Assembly (NCBI GenBank): GCA_910576795.1
Contig: CAJTIX010000005.1
Coordinates: forward strand, 6,804-70,803
DNA: 64,000 nt
Source of the DNA: an uncultured Bacilli bacterium
Lineage (GTDB): Bacteria; Bacillota_I; Bacilli_A; RF39; UBA660
Reading direction: 5' to 3'
How positions within the stretch are numbered: position 1 is the first letter of the stretch; the number at the start of each line of letters is the position of its first letter. The position numbers and the translations under genes were made by a program. Shown in pieces: positions 30,115 through 40,951 of the stretch. Below the pieces are notes generated by a model. It was not told the DNA's origin. It did not search any database and saw only the letters and a list, made by a program, of their open reading frames with translations.

Positions 30115-31203
30115 ATGAAAAAACGAATGGATTATGGTTTATTCATTGCGATTCTTATCATTTCTATTTTTGGTATTATCATGGTGTATTCAGCTTCTTA
30201 TATTTGGGCCGAATACAAGTTTGATGACCCATTTAAATTTGTCAAACACCAAGCACTTTTCTTTTGTATTGGTATCGTTATTTTATATATTGTAAGTAAA
30301 ACAGATTATAAAATTTATTATGAAAAAGCCAATATCATTTTGATTGCTTGTATTTCTTTACTTGCTTTGGTAATCATTCCTGGAATTGGAACCGTTCGTA
30401 ATGGGAGTAGAAGTTGGTTCGGTATTGGTTCCTTTGGAATACAACCAAGTGAATTTGCAAAATTATCACTCATTATTTTTACCTCTAAATATTTGTGTAA
30501 AAATGAACGTGATTTAAAAAGTATTCGAAAAGGTGTACTTCCTATTTTAGGAATTGTTTTTCTTGTTTTTGGACTTATTATGTTACAACCAGATTTTGGA
30601 ACAGGTGTCATCATCGTCATGAGTATTATTGGACTTTTATTTGTGGCGGGGGTCAATTTTAAGTTTTTCATTCGTTTGGGATTACTTGGTGTGATAGGAG
30701 TAGTAGGGTTAATTGCAATCGCACCTTATCGTTTACAAAGGATATTGTCATTTTTAAATCCTTGGAGTGATCCTTTGGGTAGTGGTTTTCAGATTATCCA
30801 ATCGTTATATGCAATTGGACCTGGTGGATTATTTGGATTTGGTTTCCTGAATTCAAGACAGAAACATTTTTATTTGCCAGAGCCACAAACTGATTTTATT
30901 TTTTCGATTATCAGTGAAGAATTTGGATTTATGGGAATTTTAATTGTCAGTAGTCTTTTCCTATTTATTATTATAAAAGGATTTCAAATAGCGAGAAAAG
31001 CAAATGATACTTTTTCCAAATATTTGGCATTTGGAATTACTTTTCAGATTGCTTTTCAGGCAGTATTGAACTTAATGGTTGTGGTAGGATTAATTCCAGT
31101 TACAGGTGTAACTTTACCATTTTTAAGTTATGGGGGTTCTAGTTTAATGATTACATTACTAGAGATTGGTATAGTGTTGAATATCAGTAGATATCAAAAA
31201 TAA
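30115..31203 (+). CDS. ftsW: FtsW/SpoVE (SEDS family) peptidoglycan polymerase
   Basis: Ten predicted TM helices, QPSEFAKL, PEPQTDFIF and LPFLSYGGSS motifs. ATG 30115 lies just after the mraY stop. Confidence 0.9.
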   Translation: MKKRMDYGLFIAILIISIFGIIMVYSASYIWAEYKFDDPFKFVKHQALFFCIGIVILYIVSKTDYKIYYEKANIILIACISLLALVIIPGIGTVRNGSRSWFGIGSFGIQPSEFAKLSLIIFTSKYLCKNERDLKSIRKGVLPILGIVFLVFGLIMLQPDFGTGVIIVMSIIGLLFVAGVNFKFFIRLGLLGVIGVVGLIAIAPYRLQRILSFLNPWSDPLGSGFQIIQSLYAIGPGGLFGFGFLNSRQKHFYLPEPQTDFIFSIISEEFGFMGILIVSSLFLFIIIKGFQIARKANDTFSKYLAFGITFQIAFQAVLNLMVVVGLIPVTGVTLPFLSYGGSSLMITLLEIGIVLNISRYQK

Positions 31204-31225
31204 AAGGCATCTTAGGATACCTTTT
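31202..31225. terminator. terminator between ftsW and pepF
   Basis: AAAAGGCATC / GATACCTTTT stem with one mismatch. Confidence 0.5.
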
Positions 31226-31249
31226 ATAGTGCTATGACAAAAACTTAGA

Positions 31250-32947
31250 TTACATTATTTTCTTTTTAAAATAATGTAATATTTTTTCTAATTTTTCAGA
31301 AGTTGTTTGAATCGTTTTTTCATCAAATGGATTTGGCATATTGTACTGTTGAATGAGTTCATGTAAAGAATAATATGATGCAACTGAACCAACTGTCTGA
31401 AATAGGTGCATATCATTTTGACATCCATCCCAAATTGCAAATGCACCAAAAGAAGAAAGTGCATAATCAATATAATAAAACGGTTTTAAATAAATATGAG
31501 ATTGACGATAGAAAAAGCCACCAGAATCTAGGTTGATATGACCTGTATTAGAAGTTTCTAAATGATATTTTTTAACCAGTTCCATCCATGTAATTCGAAT
31601 ATCTTCTACTTTTAAGTGATGATTGGAATATATTTTCTCTTGAAATTCGTCTACTAAACAGATATATGGAAGATTTTGTATCATATGATAGATTTTCATA
31701 AAACAGTACTTGTAATAATCTTTTTCCTGAAATAAATTATCGAAATAAGGAATGGAAATCAGTTCCATAGCATGAGAGAACATTTCTGCAATTTCCATAG
31801 TAGGATATTTTAGTAATGCAGAAACAATATGATTTTTATCTTGTATAGAAGCACAATATTTCTGAAATGCATGACCCATTTCATGTGCAGTAGTTTGAAT
31901 ATCCAAATAGTTATTTTTAAAGTTACCTGTGATGACTGGATAACCAGTTTCAGTAAGGTAATTGGTAATCGTAAAGTTAATTTTATGATCTCTTTGAAGT
32001 AAGTCAATATAATCATAGCATACCATATCATGAAATAGGGAAGATAAAGAAGAATCAATTTTTGCAAATGAATTTTCAAGCTCTTGTATTAATTTATTTC
32101 CACAATATTTTGATTCTGGCATTTCTGAAAATAATATTTTATCATCAAAATATTCTAATTTTTCTAAGCAAAGAGTTGTCTTCTGCCAACCAGATATTTT
32201 TTCACAAAGTGGAATGATATATTGAATGATATGATCTCGAAATTGATGAATATGTGTATAATCATATCCGAATCTTCTCATCTTGTATAAACTATAAGTT
32301 CCATAGTGATCAAATCCGAGTTTATTTGCTATCGCATTTCGGACACTCACCAAATCATATAATAGAGAGTCATATTCCTTTTGTTTCTTGTAGTAATAGT
32401 CATTAATAGTATCATGTGCTTTTTTTCTCACCAATCTATCTGGATGTGTAAAGTATCCAGATATATAGGGAATACTTCTGTCTTCACCATCGTACATGAT
32501 TTTATTTTTGGATAAGTCTCGATATTTTTTCATGAGTTCTTTTTCTTGTTGTTGTAATTCTATTGTTTCTTCTGAGGAAATTTTAAGTTGGTAGGTTATG
32601 GTATCAAAAAAGTTTTTAGGCATTTTTTCTAACAATTTTGTATAATAATCTGAATCTAAAATTTTTTGATAAAAAGGAATGAACAATAGGTCAAATTTTG
32701 GCTTATATGTATTCCAAAAGAGCATTTGTTCTTGAAAAAATGTATCATTACAATCTCGCATATTTCTAATATCAGCATAATCACACATTTCTTCAATATG
32801 GTTTTGTATAGAAATGATTTTTTCACAAATAGAAAGAAAGGTATCAAAATCATCTGCTTGATTGAGTGTATCAAGTAATCTACTGATTTCTTGTTTTGTT
32901 TTTTGATAGGAGATAGTTTCATATGTAATATCATTAAAATTTTTCAT
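31250..32947 (-). CDS. pepF: M3B oligoendopeptidase F
   Basis: HEMGHAF zinc motif in a 565-aa protein of M3 architecture. Confidence 0.88.
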   Translation of the reverse strand: MKNFNDITYETISYQKTKQEISRLLDTLNQADDFDTFLSICEKIISIQNHIEEMCDYADIRNMRDCNDTFFQEQMLFWNTYKPKFDLLFIPFYQKILDSDYYTKLLEKMPKNFFDTITYQLKISSEETIELQQQEKELMKKYRDLSKNKIMYDGEDRSIPYISGYFTHPDRLVRKKAHDTINDYYYKKQKEYDSLLYDLVSVRNAIANKLGFDHYGTYSLYKMRRFGYDYTHIHQFRDHIIQYIIPLCEKISGWQKTTLCLEKLEYFDDKILFSEMPESKYCGNKLIQELENSFAKIDSSLSSLFHDMVCYDYIDLLQRDHKINFTITNYLTETGYPVITGNFKNNYLDIQTTAHEMGHAFQKYCASIQDKNHIVSALLKYPTMEIAEMFSHAMELISIPYFDNLFQEKDYYKYCFMKIYHMIQNLPYICLVDEFQEKIYSNHHLKVEDIRITWMELVKKYHLETSNTGHINLDSGGFFYRQSHIYLKPFYYIDYALSSFGAFAIWDGCQNDMHLFQTVGSVASYYSLHELIQQYNMPNPFDEKTIQTTSEKLEKILHYFKKKIM

Positions 32948-32952
32948 AGTTT

Positions 32953-34560
32953 TTAATAAAGCCCCCTAATATTTCCATTGGCATCAATTGACATTTGTAA
33001 ATAGGCAGGTTCTTTAGATAGACCCGGCATAGTCAAAATGTTTCCAAGGTACACAATGATGAAGCCTGCTCCAGCTGCAACTTTAATATTGGTAACACGT
33101 ATGACTTGGTGTTTTGGATAACCCAATTGTTTTGGACTATCTCCAATCGCATATTGTGTTTTGGCGATACAAATCGGTAAATTGTTGTAACCCATTTCTT
33201 CTAGATGGGTGATTTCATATCTGACTTTTTCTTCAATTAATACCATATCCGCTTGATAGAAATCTTTTAAAATATGTCCTATTTTTTCTAAAATAGGAGT
33301 ATCTAATGAATAGGGAAGTGTAATGGTATTTTCTTGTTTGCATAATTGAATAACTGTTTGCGCAAGCTCTAAAGCACCTTTACCGCCTAGTTTATAGGCA
33401 TTACAGATGGAAAAAGGAAATCCTTGTTTTTCTACATAATTTTTTACAAATGCGATTTCTTCATTTGTGTCTGTATCAAATTGATTCAAACAAATAAGAA
33501 TATTGGTAGATAACTTTCGCATCATATCCATATGTGCCTGTAAATTACAAATACCATTTTCTAAAATACCATCTCCATTGTGTTTTAAAGAACGAATGGT
33601 AGTATTGATAATGACTAAGTCAGGATAGGTCTTCATTTTGCGGCATTTAATATCCATAAATTTAATTGCACCCAAATCACTTCCAAATCCAGCTTCAGTC
33701 ACTACATAGTCTGCTAAGGAAAGCGCCATATTGGTTGCAATAATTGAATTACATCCATGAGCAATGTTTGCAAAAGGACCACCATGTATCAAAACGGGAT
33801 TATGTTCTAAACTTTGTACCAAATTGGGTTTGATGGCATCTTTTAAAAGGATGGTTAAAGCTTCTTCTCCATGTAAATCAGAAACATAAACTGGTTGTTT
33901 ATGAATTGTATATCCAATTAAAATATGACTTAAATTTTTCTTTAAATCCATCAAATTTTCAGAAAGGCATAAGATAGCCATGATTTCTGAAGCAGTTGAA
34001 ATAACAAATGATTCGTCCCGTTCATAATTGCTTTTTAAACAAATCTGTCGTAATGCACGATCATTGACATCTAAACATCTAGAAACCTGAATAGTAGTTG
34101 GATCTATCTTTAAAGTGTTTCCTTGAAAAATATGATTGTCAATCATTGCACATAATAAATTATTACAAGCAGTTACTGCATGAATATCTCCTGTAAAATG
34201 CAGATTGATGTCCTCCATTGGAACGACCTGTGCATAACCTCCTCCAGTAGCGCCTCCTTTGATACCAAAAACAGGACCAAGTGAGGGTTCCCTTAAAGTA
34301 GCAATACTTTTGTTCCCAAGTGAGCATAAAGCATCGTTAAGTCCAATTGTTACTGTTGTTTTTCCTTCTCCATAGGGAGTTGGATTCGTAGAAGTTACCA
34401 AAATCAGTTTTCCTTTTTTTTCGTTTTTTTCGTCTATATTTAATTTTGCTTTGTATGTTCCATAACATTCTAAATGATTTTCCGAAATACTAAGTTTAGC
34501 TGCTATTTCTACAATTGGTTTCATTGGAATGCTATGTGCAATTTCGATATCTGAATTCAT
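32953..34560 (-). CDS. fhs: formate--tetrahydrofolate ligase
   Basis: TPYGEGKTTVTIGL P-loop and VTEAGFGSDLG. Confidence 0.95.
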   Translation of the reverse strand: MNSDIEIAHSIPMKPIVEIAAKLSISENHLECYGTYKAKLNIDEKNEKKGKLILVTSTNPTPYGEGKTTVTIGLNDALCSLGNKSIATLREPSLGPVFGIKGGATGGGYAQVVPMEDINLHFTGDIHAVTACNNLLCAMIDNHIFQGNTLKIDPTTIQVSRCLDVNDRALRQICLKSNYERDESFVISTASEIMAILCLSENLMDLKKNLSHILIGYTIHKQPVYVSDLHGEEALTILLKDAIKPNLVQSLEHNPVLIHGGPFANIAHGCNSIIATNMALSLADYVVTEAGFGSDLGAIKFMDIKCRKMKTYPDLVIINTTIRSLKHNGDGILENGICNLQAHMDMMRKLSTNILICLNQFDTDTNEEIAFVKNYVEKQGFPFSICNAYKLGGKGALELAQTVIQLCKQENTITLPYSLDTPILEKIGHILKDFYQADMVLIEEKVRYEITHLEEMGYNNLPICIAKTQYAIGDSPKQLGYPKHQVIRVTNIKVAAGAGFIIVYLGNILTMPGLSKEPAYLQMSIDANGNIRGLY

Positions 34561-34687
34561 TCTATCACCTCTAATACCATTATATCATGAGTTTCACTTA
34601 GTTTATAAAAATCTATATCATATATTGATTCTATTTAAAATAAGTATAAATATTCTCTGTTATCCATACTAAATAATGGTGAAACAT

Positions 34688-35473
34688 ATGAAAATAATTC
34701 TTTTTACAGGTGCTCGTAGTGGAATACAAGCAGCCGTAATCGAACAATTAAAAAAGAAAAACTATCATATTTATTTGACAGTACATAATGAAAAACAATT
34801 GAAACTAGTCCAAAAATATTATTCAGACAATAAAAATATAACCTGTTTGAAATTGGATGTTACAAACAAAGAGGATTTGAAACAATTAGAATTACTTGAT
34901 ATTGATATATTAGTCAGTAATGCTGCCATTGGAGAAGGGGGAAGCATGGCGGAAATTCCAATGCGACTGGTACGCTCTAATTTTGAAACCAATGTTTTTT
35001 CTTATTTCACAGTCATTCAAATAGTTCTCAAAAAAATGATACAAAAGAAAACTGGGAAAATCATCAATATGGCATCACTCGCAGGTTTGGTTCCCATTCC
35101 TTATTTGGGAAGTTATTCAGCGACCAAAGCAAGCATCATCAAAATGACGGAAGCACTGAAATTGGAATTAAAGGATCTACAAACCAATATTCAAGTTTGT
35201 TTGATAGAACCAGGTCTTTATGATACTGGATTTAATCAAGTCATGCTGGAAAATAAATACACATGGATGGAGATAGATTCTTATTTCCAACATCAAATTT
35301 CTAAAATTCAAAAACGAGAAAACTTAGTTTGCCAAATCATGGAAAAGAAAAATCTAAATAGTATTGTAAAACAAATTCTAAAAGCCATTGAAGCAAAAAA
35401 AGTAAAAGCCATTTATCGTGCTCCATTACTTCAAGTAGTTGGAGCAAAATTATATTTAATTTTCCTTGAATAA
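34688..35473 (+). CDS. SDR family oxidoreductase
   Basis: TGARSGIQ cofactor motif, NAAIG and YSATKAS catalytic YxxxK. Confidence 0.85.
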   Translation: MKIILFTGARSGIQAAVIEQLKKKNYHIYLTVHNEKQLKLVQKYYSDNKNITCLKLDVTNKEDLKQLELLDIDILVSNAAIGEGGSMAEIPMRLVRSNFETNVFSYFTVIQIVLKKMIQKKTGKIINMASLAGLVPIPYLGSYSATKASIIKMTEALKLELKDLQTNIQVCLIEPGLYDTGFNQVMLENKYTWMEIDSYFQHQISKIQKRENLVCQIMEKKNLNSIVKQILKAIEAKKVKAIYRAPLLQVVGAKLYLIFLE

Positions 35474-35521
35474 ACTTTAGTTTACTCTTTTTTTTTGTTA
35501 TAATGAAAGTGGTGATTTGGG

Positions 35522-37219
35522 ATGGGGCAAAAGGGAAGTTTGAAGGACCGTATTCGGTCTTGGAAATATCGAAGAAAAGTGCAAAAAGAAATGAGAAAAC
35601 GAAAAGAACAGGAAGAATGGAATTGTTATGTTAAGCAAAAACAAAACCAAGGTATTTATATCAATCCAACTCCTAAAAAATATAATTTTCTTCAAATCTT
35701 CTTTTATTCTATATTTGGTCTTTTTTTAGGAGTTTTTGATTCTAAGAAAAATGAAAAAATAACCTCACCATCCCAACTTTTGGAAGAAGTAATAGAATTA
35801 CAAGAAAAAATAGAAACCTTGGAAGAACCAGCTCAGATTTTATCTTATACAAATCAAATACAACAAAAAGAAACATCTCTTGAAGAACTGCTTCGAAAAC
35901 AACCAGCAACAAAAAATCCAGCTATAAAAGAATGTGTGGAGAGAATCGATTCTATTAAAAAACAGTTACAAAAAATAGATACACAAGAAAATCATCAAGA
36001 AAAGGACATCTTATCTCCAATGGAATCATTTCAAAAACAAGTAACATCGTCATTCCCAGAAACAAAGACAACTACTTTCGAAAATCAAAGCAAAGAAGAT
36101 ATCATCCATATGTTGATGAAAGAACCAATCTTACATGAACAAGGGGTCAAAGAAAAACCGAAAACACCTGTATTGGAGTCAAATAAAGATATAGTCAAAG
36201 ATATAGTAAATGAAGAAACAAAAGCAGTTACAGTCAAAGAAGAAAAATTAGATGAAAATGAAATCAAAGAAAATCCATATAAAATATATCTTGTAAGTAC
36301 CAATCAAAAATTAAAAAAGCAGCATAAAGAATTAACAAAAATCAAAGAAGATATCAAACAAGCTAAGACCCCGAATGCACTTTATAAATTAGAAGCTTCT
36401 ATTTTATGGATTCAAAATCAATTGTTTTTAATGGCAAAAGAATATGAAGAAATCACAAAAGATAAAGAATTTCAGTATTTAAAAAATCAATATGAATATT
36501 ATCGATTGGATGAAAATGAATTACTTAAGAGTAACCAAGCAATTCAAGAATTATTATCAGAATGTCAAAAGAGTATAGATATTATTGATAATTGTATCAA
36601 AATACCACAAAAAGAACTTAAAAAAACGCAAAAAAAAGAACAAAAGCAAGAAAAAAAAGAACAAAAGAAACCGTTTTATTTGGATGTTGATGACTTTAAA
36701 CGATTGTGTTTCCAAATTATGACCGATTTAAGTAGACAGATAGAAGAGATTGGACAATTGAAAGAACCGTTCAAACCAAGTTTTTTTGAAAAGACAAAAA
36801 GATTTTTATCCAATACCATGATGGTACTAACACCAATGGTATGCTTCAAAAATCCATTAACTGGGATGTTAGCGGGTTCTATATTAGCCCATAATCGTAT
36901 TCGTTCTATGCGTCAAATGGTGAACAAAAAAGAGGCAATCTATGAAACCTGTGAAAATTTATTTGATGAAATTCGAAGTAAGCAAGATTGTATCAATATG
37001 ATTTATTCTCATTTGAATGCTTCTTTATGTGAATTACAACAAATCAAGCAAGATGTGATACAAAAATATCAAAATATTTACCCAGAAGAGGTGGAAATGT
37101 TTTTATCTCAATTAAGGATGTTGGAAAACCAAGTTATGGAAAAAAGTATGTCATTACAAATGAATCAACAAAAATTAATACGTATTAAACAGGGATATCA
37201 GAAAACATTAAAAAAATAA
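35522..37219 (+). CDS. hypothetical Lys/Glu/Gln-rich coiled-coil membrane protein
   Basis: 565 aa with hydrophobic segments near both ends and long charged helical stretches. No family recognised. Confidence 0.5.
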   Translation: MGQKGSLKDRIRSWKYRRKVQKEMRKRKEQEEWNCYVKQKQNQGIYINPTPKKYNFLQIFFYSIFGLFLGVFDSKKNEKITSPSQLLEEVIELQEKIETLEEPAQILSYTNQIQQKETSLEELLRKQPATKNPAIKECVERIDSIKKQLQKIDTQENHQEKDILSPMESFQKQVTSSFPETKTTTFENQSKEDIIHMLMKEPILHEQGVKEKPKTPVLESNKDIVKDIVNEETKAVTVKEEKLDENEIKENPYKIYLVSTNQKLKKQHKELTKIKEDIKQAKTPNALYKLEASILWIQNQLFLMAKEYEEITKDKEFQYLKNQYEYYRLDENELLKSNQAIQELLSECQKSIDIIDNCIKIPQKELKKTQKKEQKQEKKEQKKPFYLDVDDFKRLCFQIMTDLSRQIEEIGQLKEPFKPSFFEKTKRFLSNTMMVLTPMVCFKNPLTGMLAGSILAHNRIRSMRQMVNKKEAIYETCENLFDEIRSKQDCINMIYSHLNASLCELQQIKQDVIQKYQNIYPEEVEMFLSQLRMLENQVMEKSMSLQMNQQKLIRIKQGYQKTLKK

Positions 37220-37258
37220 TATCACTCAAAAATTGATATAAATAATTGGAGGTAGGAT

Positions 37259-37681
37259 ATGAAAGTGATAACGATTCAGCAACCATGGGCAACATTAATT
37301 GCAGAAGGTTATAAAGAATACGAATTCAGAACTTGGAAAACGAAATATCGTGGCGAGATATTAATTCATGCAGGTAAAGGAATAGACAAAAAAGCAATAG
37401 AGAGATTTGAACATTTGAATTTAGAATACCCTGTTGGACAAATAATTGCAAAGGCTAATATTACTGATTGTGTTAAAGTAGATGATAAATTAAGAGAAGA
37501 ACTAAAGGAAAAAGATCCAATCGTATATAAAGGAGTTATCAATAAGACGTCTAATAATTGGGATGGCTATGGATTTAAATTAGAAAATGTAGAAAAGATA
37601 GAACCGATTGAAATAAATGGCAAATTGAGTTTATGGGATTATGATTATAAAAATAATTATGGAGAAAATAAGGAACAGTAA
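37259..37681 (+). CDS. ASCH domain protein
   Basis: ITIQQPWATLIAEGYKEYEFRTW...ILIHAGK is typical of PUA-like ASCH domains. Confidence 0.7.
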   Translation: MKVITIQQPWATLIAEGYKEYEFRTWKTKYRGEILIHAGKGIDKKAIERFEHLNLEYPVGQIIAKANITDCVKVDDKLREELKEKDPIVYKGVINKTSNNWDGYGFKLENVEKIEPIEINGKLSLWDYDYKNNYGENKEQ

Positions 37682-37703
37682 TCTGTTGATTGGAGGCTTG
37701 AAT

Positions 37704-38618
37704 ATGAAAAAGAAATTCATTCTAGCATGCATTTCTATTGTATTAATAATAGGTGTAGTAGTATTGATGAACATAGAAAAGAAGTATCCTTATGAAGATG
37801 AGAATACACTATATTATATTGAATTCAATCATGAAATCTTAAGATTTGAAAGATATGATTACTCTTTAGGTCAAAATCAAATTGTCGAGGTACAAAAAAG
37901 TGTAAATAAAGGTAGAACTTTTGAAAGCATAACCGAAGAAAATATTATTGTTAGTATGGAACCTAAATTCATATTTTTAAATGAAAACTTAGGGTTTGCA
38001 ATTTCTAAGCCCAATTTGACTAAAAATAATAATTATATGGGAATTCAAGTGACCCAAGATGGTGGTAAAACATTTACTAATGGAAAAATTAATTACGATA
38101 ATCCTAAAGTTGAAATTTTGACAGTTGAAGATGTTCCATACTTTGAGAATAATGAATTGAAACTGAAATGTTCTATCTATCAAATAAAAGAAGATCATAC
38201 TGGTTATGAAGATGTAGAATTGATTTTTGTTAGTATAGATGATGGATTAACATGGAATTTAAGTAATAATAAAATTTCTATGATTATAAAAGAAAATACT
38301 TTAACAGATAGTGGAATGATACTAATTATGAAAAATAATGCTGAACAAACATACCATTATGGGGATCAATATTCATTAGAAAAATATGAAAGTGGAAAGT
38401 TTATACCCTATGAACCAAAAAAGATTCTAAATTGGAATTCTATGTTGTATCGCATAAAAGCAAATGAAGAACAAGAAGAAATAATTGAATGGGAATATGG
38501 TTATGATACATTAAAAAGTGGTAAATATAGATTGATAAGATATTTTATATCAGAAGAGAATCTTCTATATTCTTCAAATGTTGCTGAAAAATTTTATGTT
38601 GAATTTGAGGTAAAATAA
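37704..38618 (+). CDS. membrane-anchored protein with BNR/Asp-box motifs
   Basis: TM helix and Asp-box-like motifs VTQDGGKTF and SIDDGLTWN. ATG 37704 follows GGAGG. Confidence 0.5.
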   Translation: MKKKFILACISIVLIIGVVVLMNIEKKYPYEDENTLYYIEFNHEILRFERYDYSLGQNQIVEVQKSVNKGRTFESITEENIIVSMEPKFIFLNENLGFAISKPNLTKNNNYMGIQVTQDGGKTFTNGKINYDNPKVEILTVEDVPYFENNELKLKCSIYQIKEDHTGYEDVELIFVSIDDGLTWNLSNNKISMIIKENTLTDSGMILIMKNNAEQTYHYGDQYSLEKYESGKFIPYEPKKILNWNSMLYRIKANEEQEEIIEWEYGYDTLKSGKYRLIRYFISEENLLYSSNVAEKFYVEFEVK

Positions 38619-38643
38619 TTATAATTTAGAAGGGACAAATAAT

Positions 38644-38910
38644 ATGTTCAATTTAAAGAAAGAAAAGATGAAAAAGAATATATTTTTAACTTTATCAATT
38701 ATTTTTGCATTTGTATTTATTGCAGGAGTGATGTGTACTGTAATGGGAGACTCAAGCCCTGTAAAATTTATAATCAATGAGTGTCCTATAAAAATGGTAG
38801 TACCACCTGCACTGATATTTTTTGTAACATTTGCATTATATAAAAATAGCAAAAAGGCAATAGAGGAAAATACTAATTTAAAAGAAGATGATTGTTTGAT
38901 TAGGTTTTAA
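38644..38910 (+). CDS. small membrane protein
   Basis: 88 aa with two hydrophobic helices. Confidence 0.4.
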   Translation: MFNLKKEKMKKNIFLTLSIIFAFVFIAGVMCTVMGDSSPVKFIINECPIKMVVPPALIFFVTFALYKNSKKAIEENTNLKEDDCLIRF

Positions 38911-38940
38911 AAAAATTTGTATAGATAAAGGAGTGAATAT

Positions 38941-39750
38941 ATGAAAGATAGTCATGTTCATACAAATATATCACATGATGGTATATCTTCCATTTCAGAA
39001 TATATTAAAATAGCAAAAGAAAAAAATGTTGATGAAATAACATTTACTGAACATTGGGATGATTATACAGGATTAGAAACCCAATTAAAAACATTAGATA
39101 TATCAAAGTACAGGGAAAAATACTTGCAATACAAAGATGATTATATATTAAAAACAAATTTTGGAATTGAGATAGGATTACAACCTGATATTGTAAAAAA
39201 AATTGAAAATATTATAAAACAATATCCATTTGATTTTATTATAGGTTCATCACATATTACTTGTAAAAAAGATATGGCGATGGATAAAAGCTTTTTTGAA
39301 GGATTTACAAGAAAAGAAGCATATTTAAGATATTTTAAAGAAGTATTAGAAAATGTAAAATTATATAATGAATTTGATGTATACGGACATATTGATTATG
39401 TTGTTAGATATGGAGGATATGCAGAGAAGAAAATAGATTATACAGAATTCAAAGAAATACTAGATGAAATATTAGTTACTTTAATAACTAAAGATAAAGG
39501 CATAGAAATAAATACATCGGGAATTAGATATGGATTAGATAATCCACACCCAAATATTGAAATATTAAAAAGATATAAAGAATTAGGTGGAAAAATAATA
39601 ACAATGGGTTCTGATGCACATAAAATTGATGACCTTGCTAGAAACTTTAACATGGCTTTTGATATACTTGAAAATATAGGCTTTGAAGAAATTGCAGTTT
39701 ATCATAACAGAGTACCCAATTTTGTGAAAATAAAAAACATTAAAATTTAA
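38941..39750 (+). CDS. PHP-family histidinol-phosphatase-like protein
   Basis: DSHVHTNISHDG N-terminal motif, EHWD, GSSH, GHIDY and GSDAH metal ligands. Confidence 0.8.
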   Translation: MKDSHVHTNISHDGISSISEYIKIAKEKNVDEITFTEHWDDYTGLETQLKTLDISKYREKYLQYKDDYILKTNFGIEIGLQPDIVKKIENIIKQYPFDFIIGSSHITCKKDMAMDKSFFEGFTRKEAYLRYFKEVLENVKLYNEFDVYGHIDYVVRYGGYAEKKIDYTEFKEILDEILVTLITKDKGIEINTSGIRYGLDNPHPNIEILKRYKELGGKIITMGSDAHKIDDLARNFNMAFDILENIGFEEIAVYHNRVPNFVKIKNIKI

Positions 39751-39753
39751 TAT

Positions 39754-39812
39754 AGGACAACTACTTCAAACACTTATAAATAAAATATATTACACATTTT
39801 GCTAAAAATAAT
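39754..39812 (+). repeat. junction motif, copy i (partial)
   Basis: AGGACAACTACTTCAAACACTTATAAATAAA..ATATTACAC closely matches 44532-44604. Confidence 0.7.
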
Positions 39813-39829
39813 GGAAAAGTGGTGAAAAA

Positions 39830-40852
39830 ATGAATGATTTAAAAGAACAAAATGATCTATTAATTTATAAAAATAAAGATGGAGATATAGTAGTTGATGC
39901 AATATATAAAGATGATACTTTGTGGTTAACACAAAAGGCTATGTCAAAAGTTTTTGATTGTAGTGTTGATAATATTTCCTTACATTTAAAAAATATTTTT
40001 AAAGATAAAGAATTAGATGAAATCTCAGTTGCCGAGGAATCCTCGATAACTGCTTCTGATGGAAAAAAATATAGAACTAAGATGTATAATTTAGATGCTA
40101 TTATTGCAGTTGGTTATAGAATTAATTCAAAAAAAGCAACAGAGTTTAGAATATGGGCAACAAAGATACTAAAAGATTATATAACTAAGGGGTTTGCTTT
40201 AAATGATGAAAGATTTATCAAAGGCAATAAATATGATATGAAATATTTCGATGAATTACTTGAAAGAATAAAAACTATTCGAGTAAGTGAAAGAATGGCC
40301 TATCAAAAAATAACAGATTTATTTATTGCAACATCAACAGATTATAATCCATATGCAGAGGAAGCCTATACTTTTTTCAAAATTGTGCAAAACAAACTTC
40401 ATTATGCCATTTCTGGACATACAGCAGCGGAACTTATATATAGTCGAGCTGACTCTAATAAAGAACACATGGGACTTACAAATTGGAAAAATTCACCTGA
40501 TGGACTAATATATAAATATGATGTATCAATCGCTAAAAATTATTTAAATGAAGAAGAATTAAATAAGTTAAATGATTTAACGAATATGTTTTTAGTTTTT
40601 GCAGAAGATGAAGCAAAGGAAAAACATATTATGACAATGCAAGATTGGATTAATGCTACTGATGATTTATTAAAATTTAGAAGAAAAAATATTTTGAAAA
40701 GTTCTGGAAATATTTCCCATAAACAAGCAGTGGAAAAAGCAGAATGTGAATATGAAAAGTACAGAATAATTCAAGATCAAAAATATATTTCTTCTATGGA
40801 TGAATTCTATAATAAATATTTAGAAGAAAGTAAGAAGATTAACAATGGATAA
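39830..40852 (+). CDS. rhuM: RhuM family protein (paralog 1)
   Basis: LWLTQKAMSKVF, YNLDAIIAVGYRINSKKATEFRIWATKILKDYITKGFALNDERF and HTAAELIYSRAD. Confidence 0.85.
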   Translation: MNDLKEQNDLLIYKNKDGDIVVDAIYKDDTLWLTQKAMSKVFDCSVDNISLHLKNIFKDKELDEISVAEESSITASDGKKYRTKMYNLDAIIAVGYRINSKKATEFRIWATKILKDYITKGFALNDERFIKGNKYDMKYFDELLERIKTIRVSERMAYQKITDLFIATSTDYNPYAEEAYTFFKIVQNKLHYAISGHTAAELIYSRADSNKEHMGLTNWKNSPDGLIYKYDVSIAKNYLNEEELNKLNDLTNMFLVFAEDEAKEKHIMTMQDWINATDDLLKFRRKNILKSSGNISHKQAVEKAECEYEKYRIIQDQKYISSMDEFYNKYLEESKKINNG

Positions 40853-40892
40853 GTATAATGTTGAAGAAATCAAAGAAAAATTAGAAAGGTGA
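40845..40892 (+). pseudogene. 15-codon remnant of a gene homologous to 41784-42071
   Basis: MDKYNVEEIKEKLER* versus MMTNSKYNIEEIKEKLDRC.., about 80 percent nucleotide identity over 39 nt. Confidence 0.6.
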
Positions 40893-40899
40893 TTACGAC

Positions 40900-40923
40900 A
40901 TTGAAACCCCTACAATAAAATAA
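40900..40923 (+). repeat. junction motif, copy ii (core only)
   Basis: TTGAAACCCCTACAATAAAATAA resembles CGAAAACCCCTATAAAATAAG at 42921. Confidence 0.5.
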
Positions 40924-40951
40924 TTTTAAAATATAGAAAAGAGGCGAATAT

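Noticed and set aside
31288-32934. Alternative-frame minus-strand ORFs inside pepF (31288-31470, 31810-32079, 32656-32934).
   Set aside because: They lie on the same strand as pepF but out of frame, and the pepF frame carries the HEMGHAF motif over its full length.
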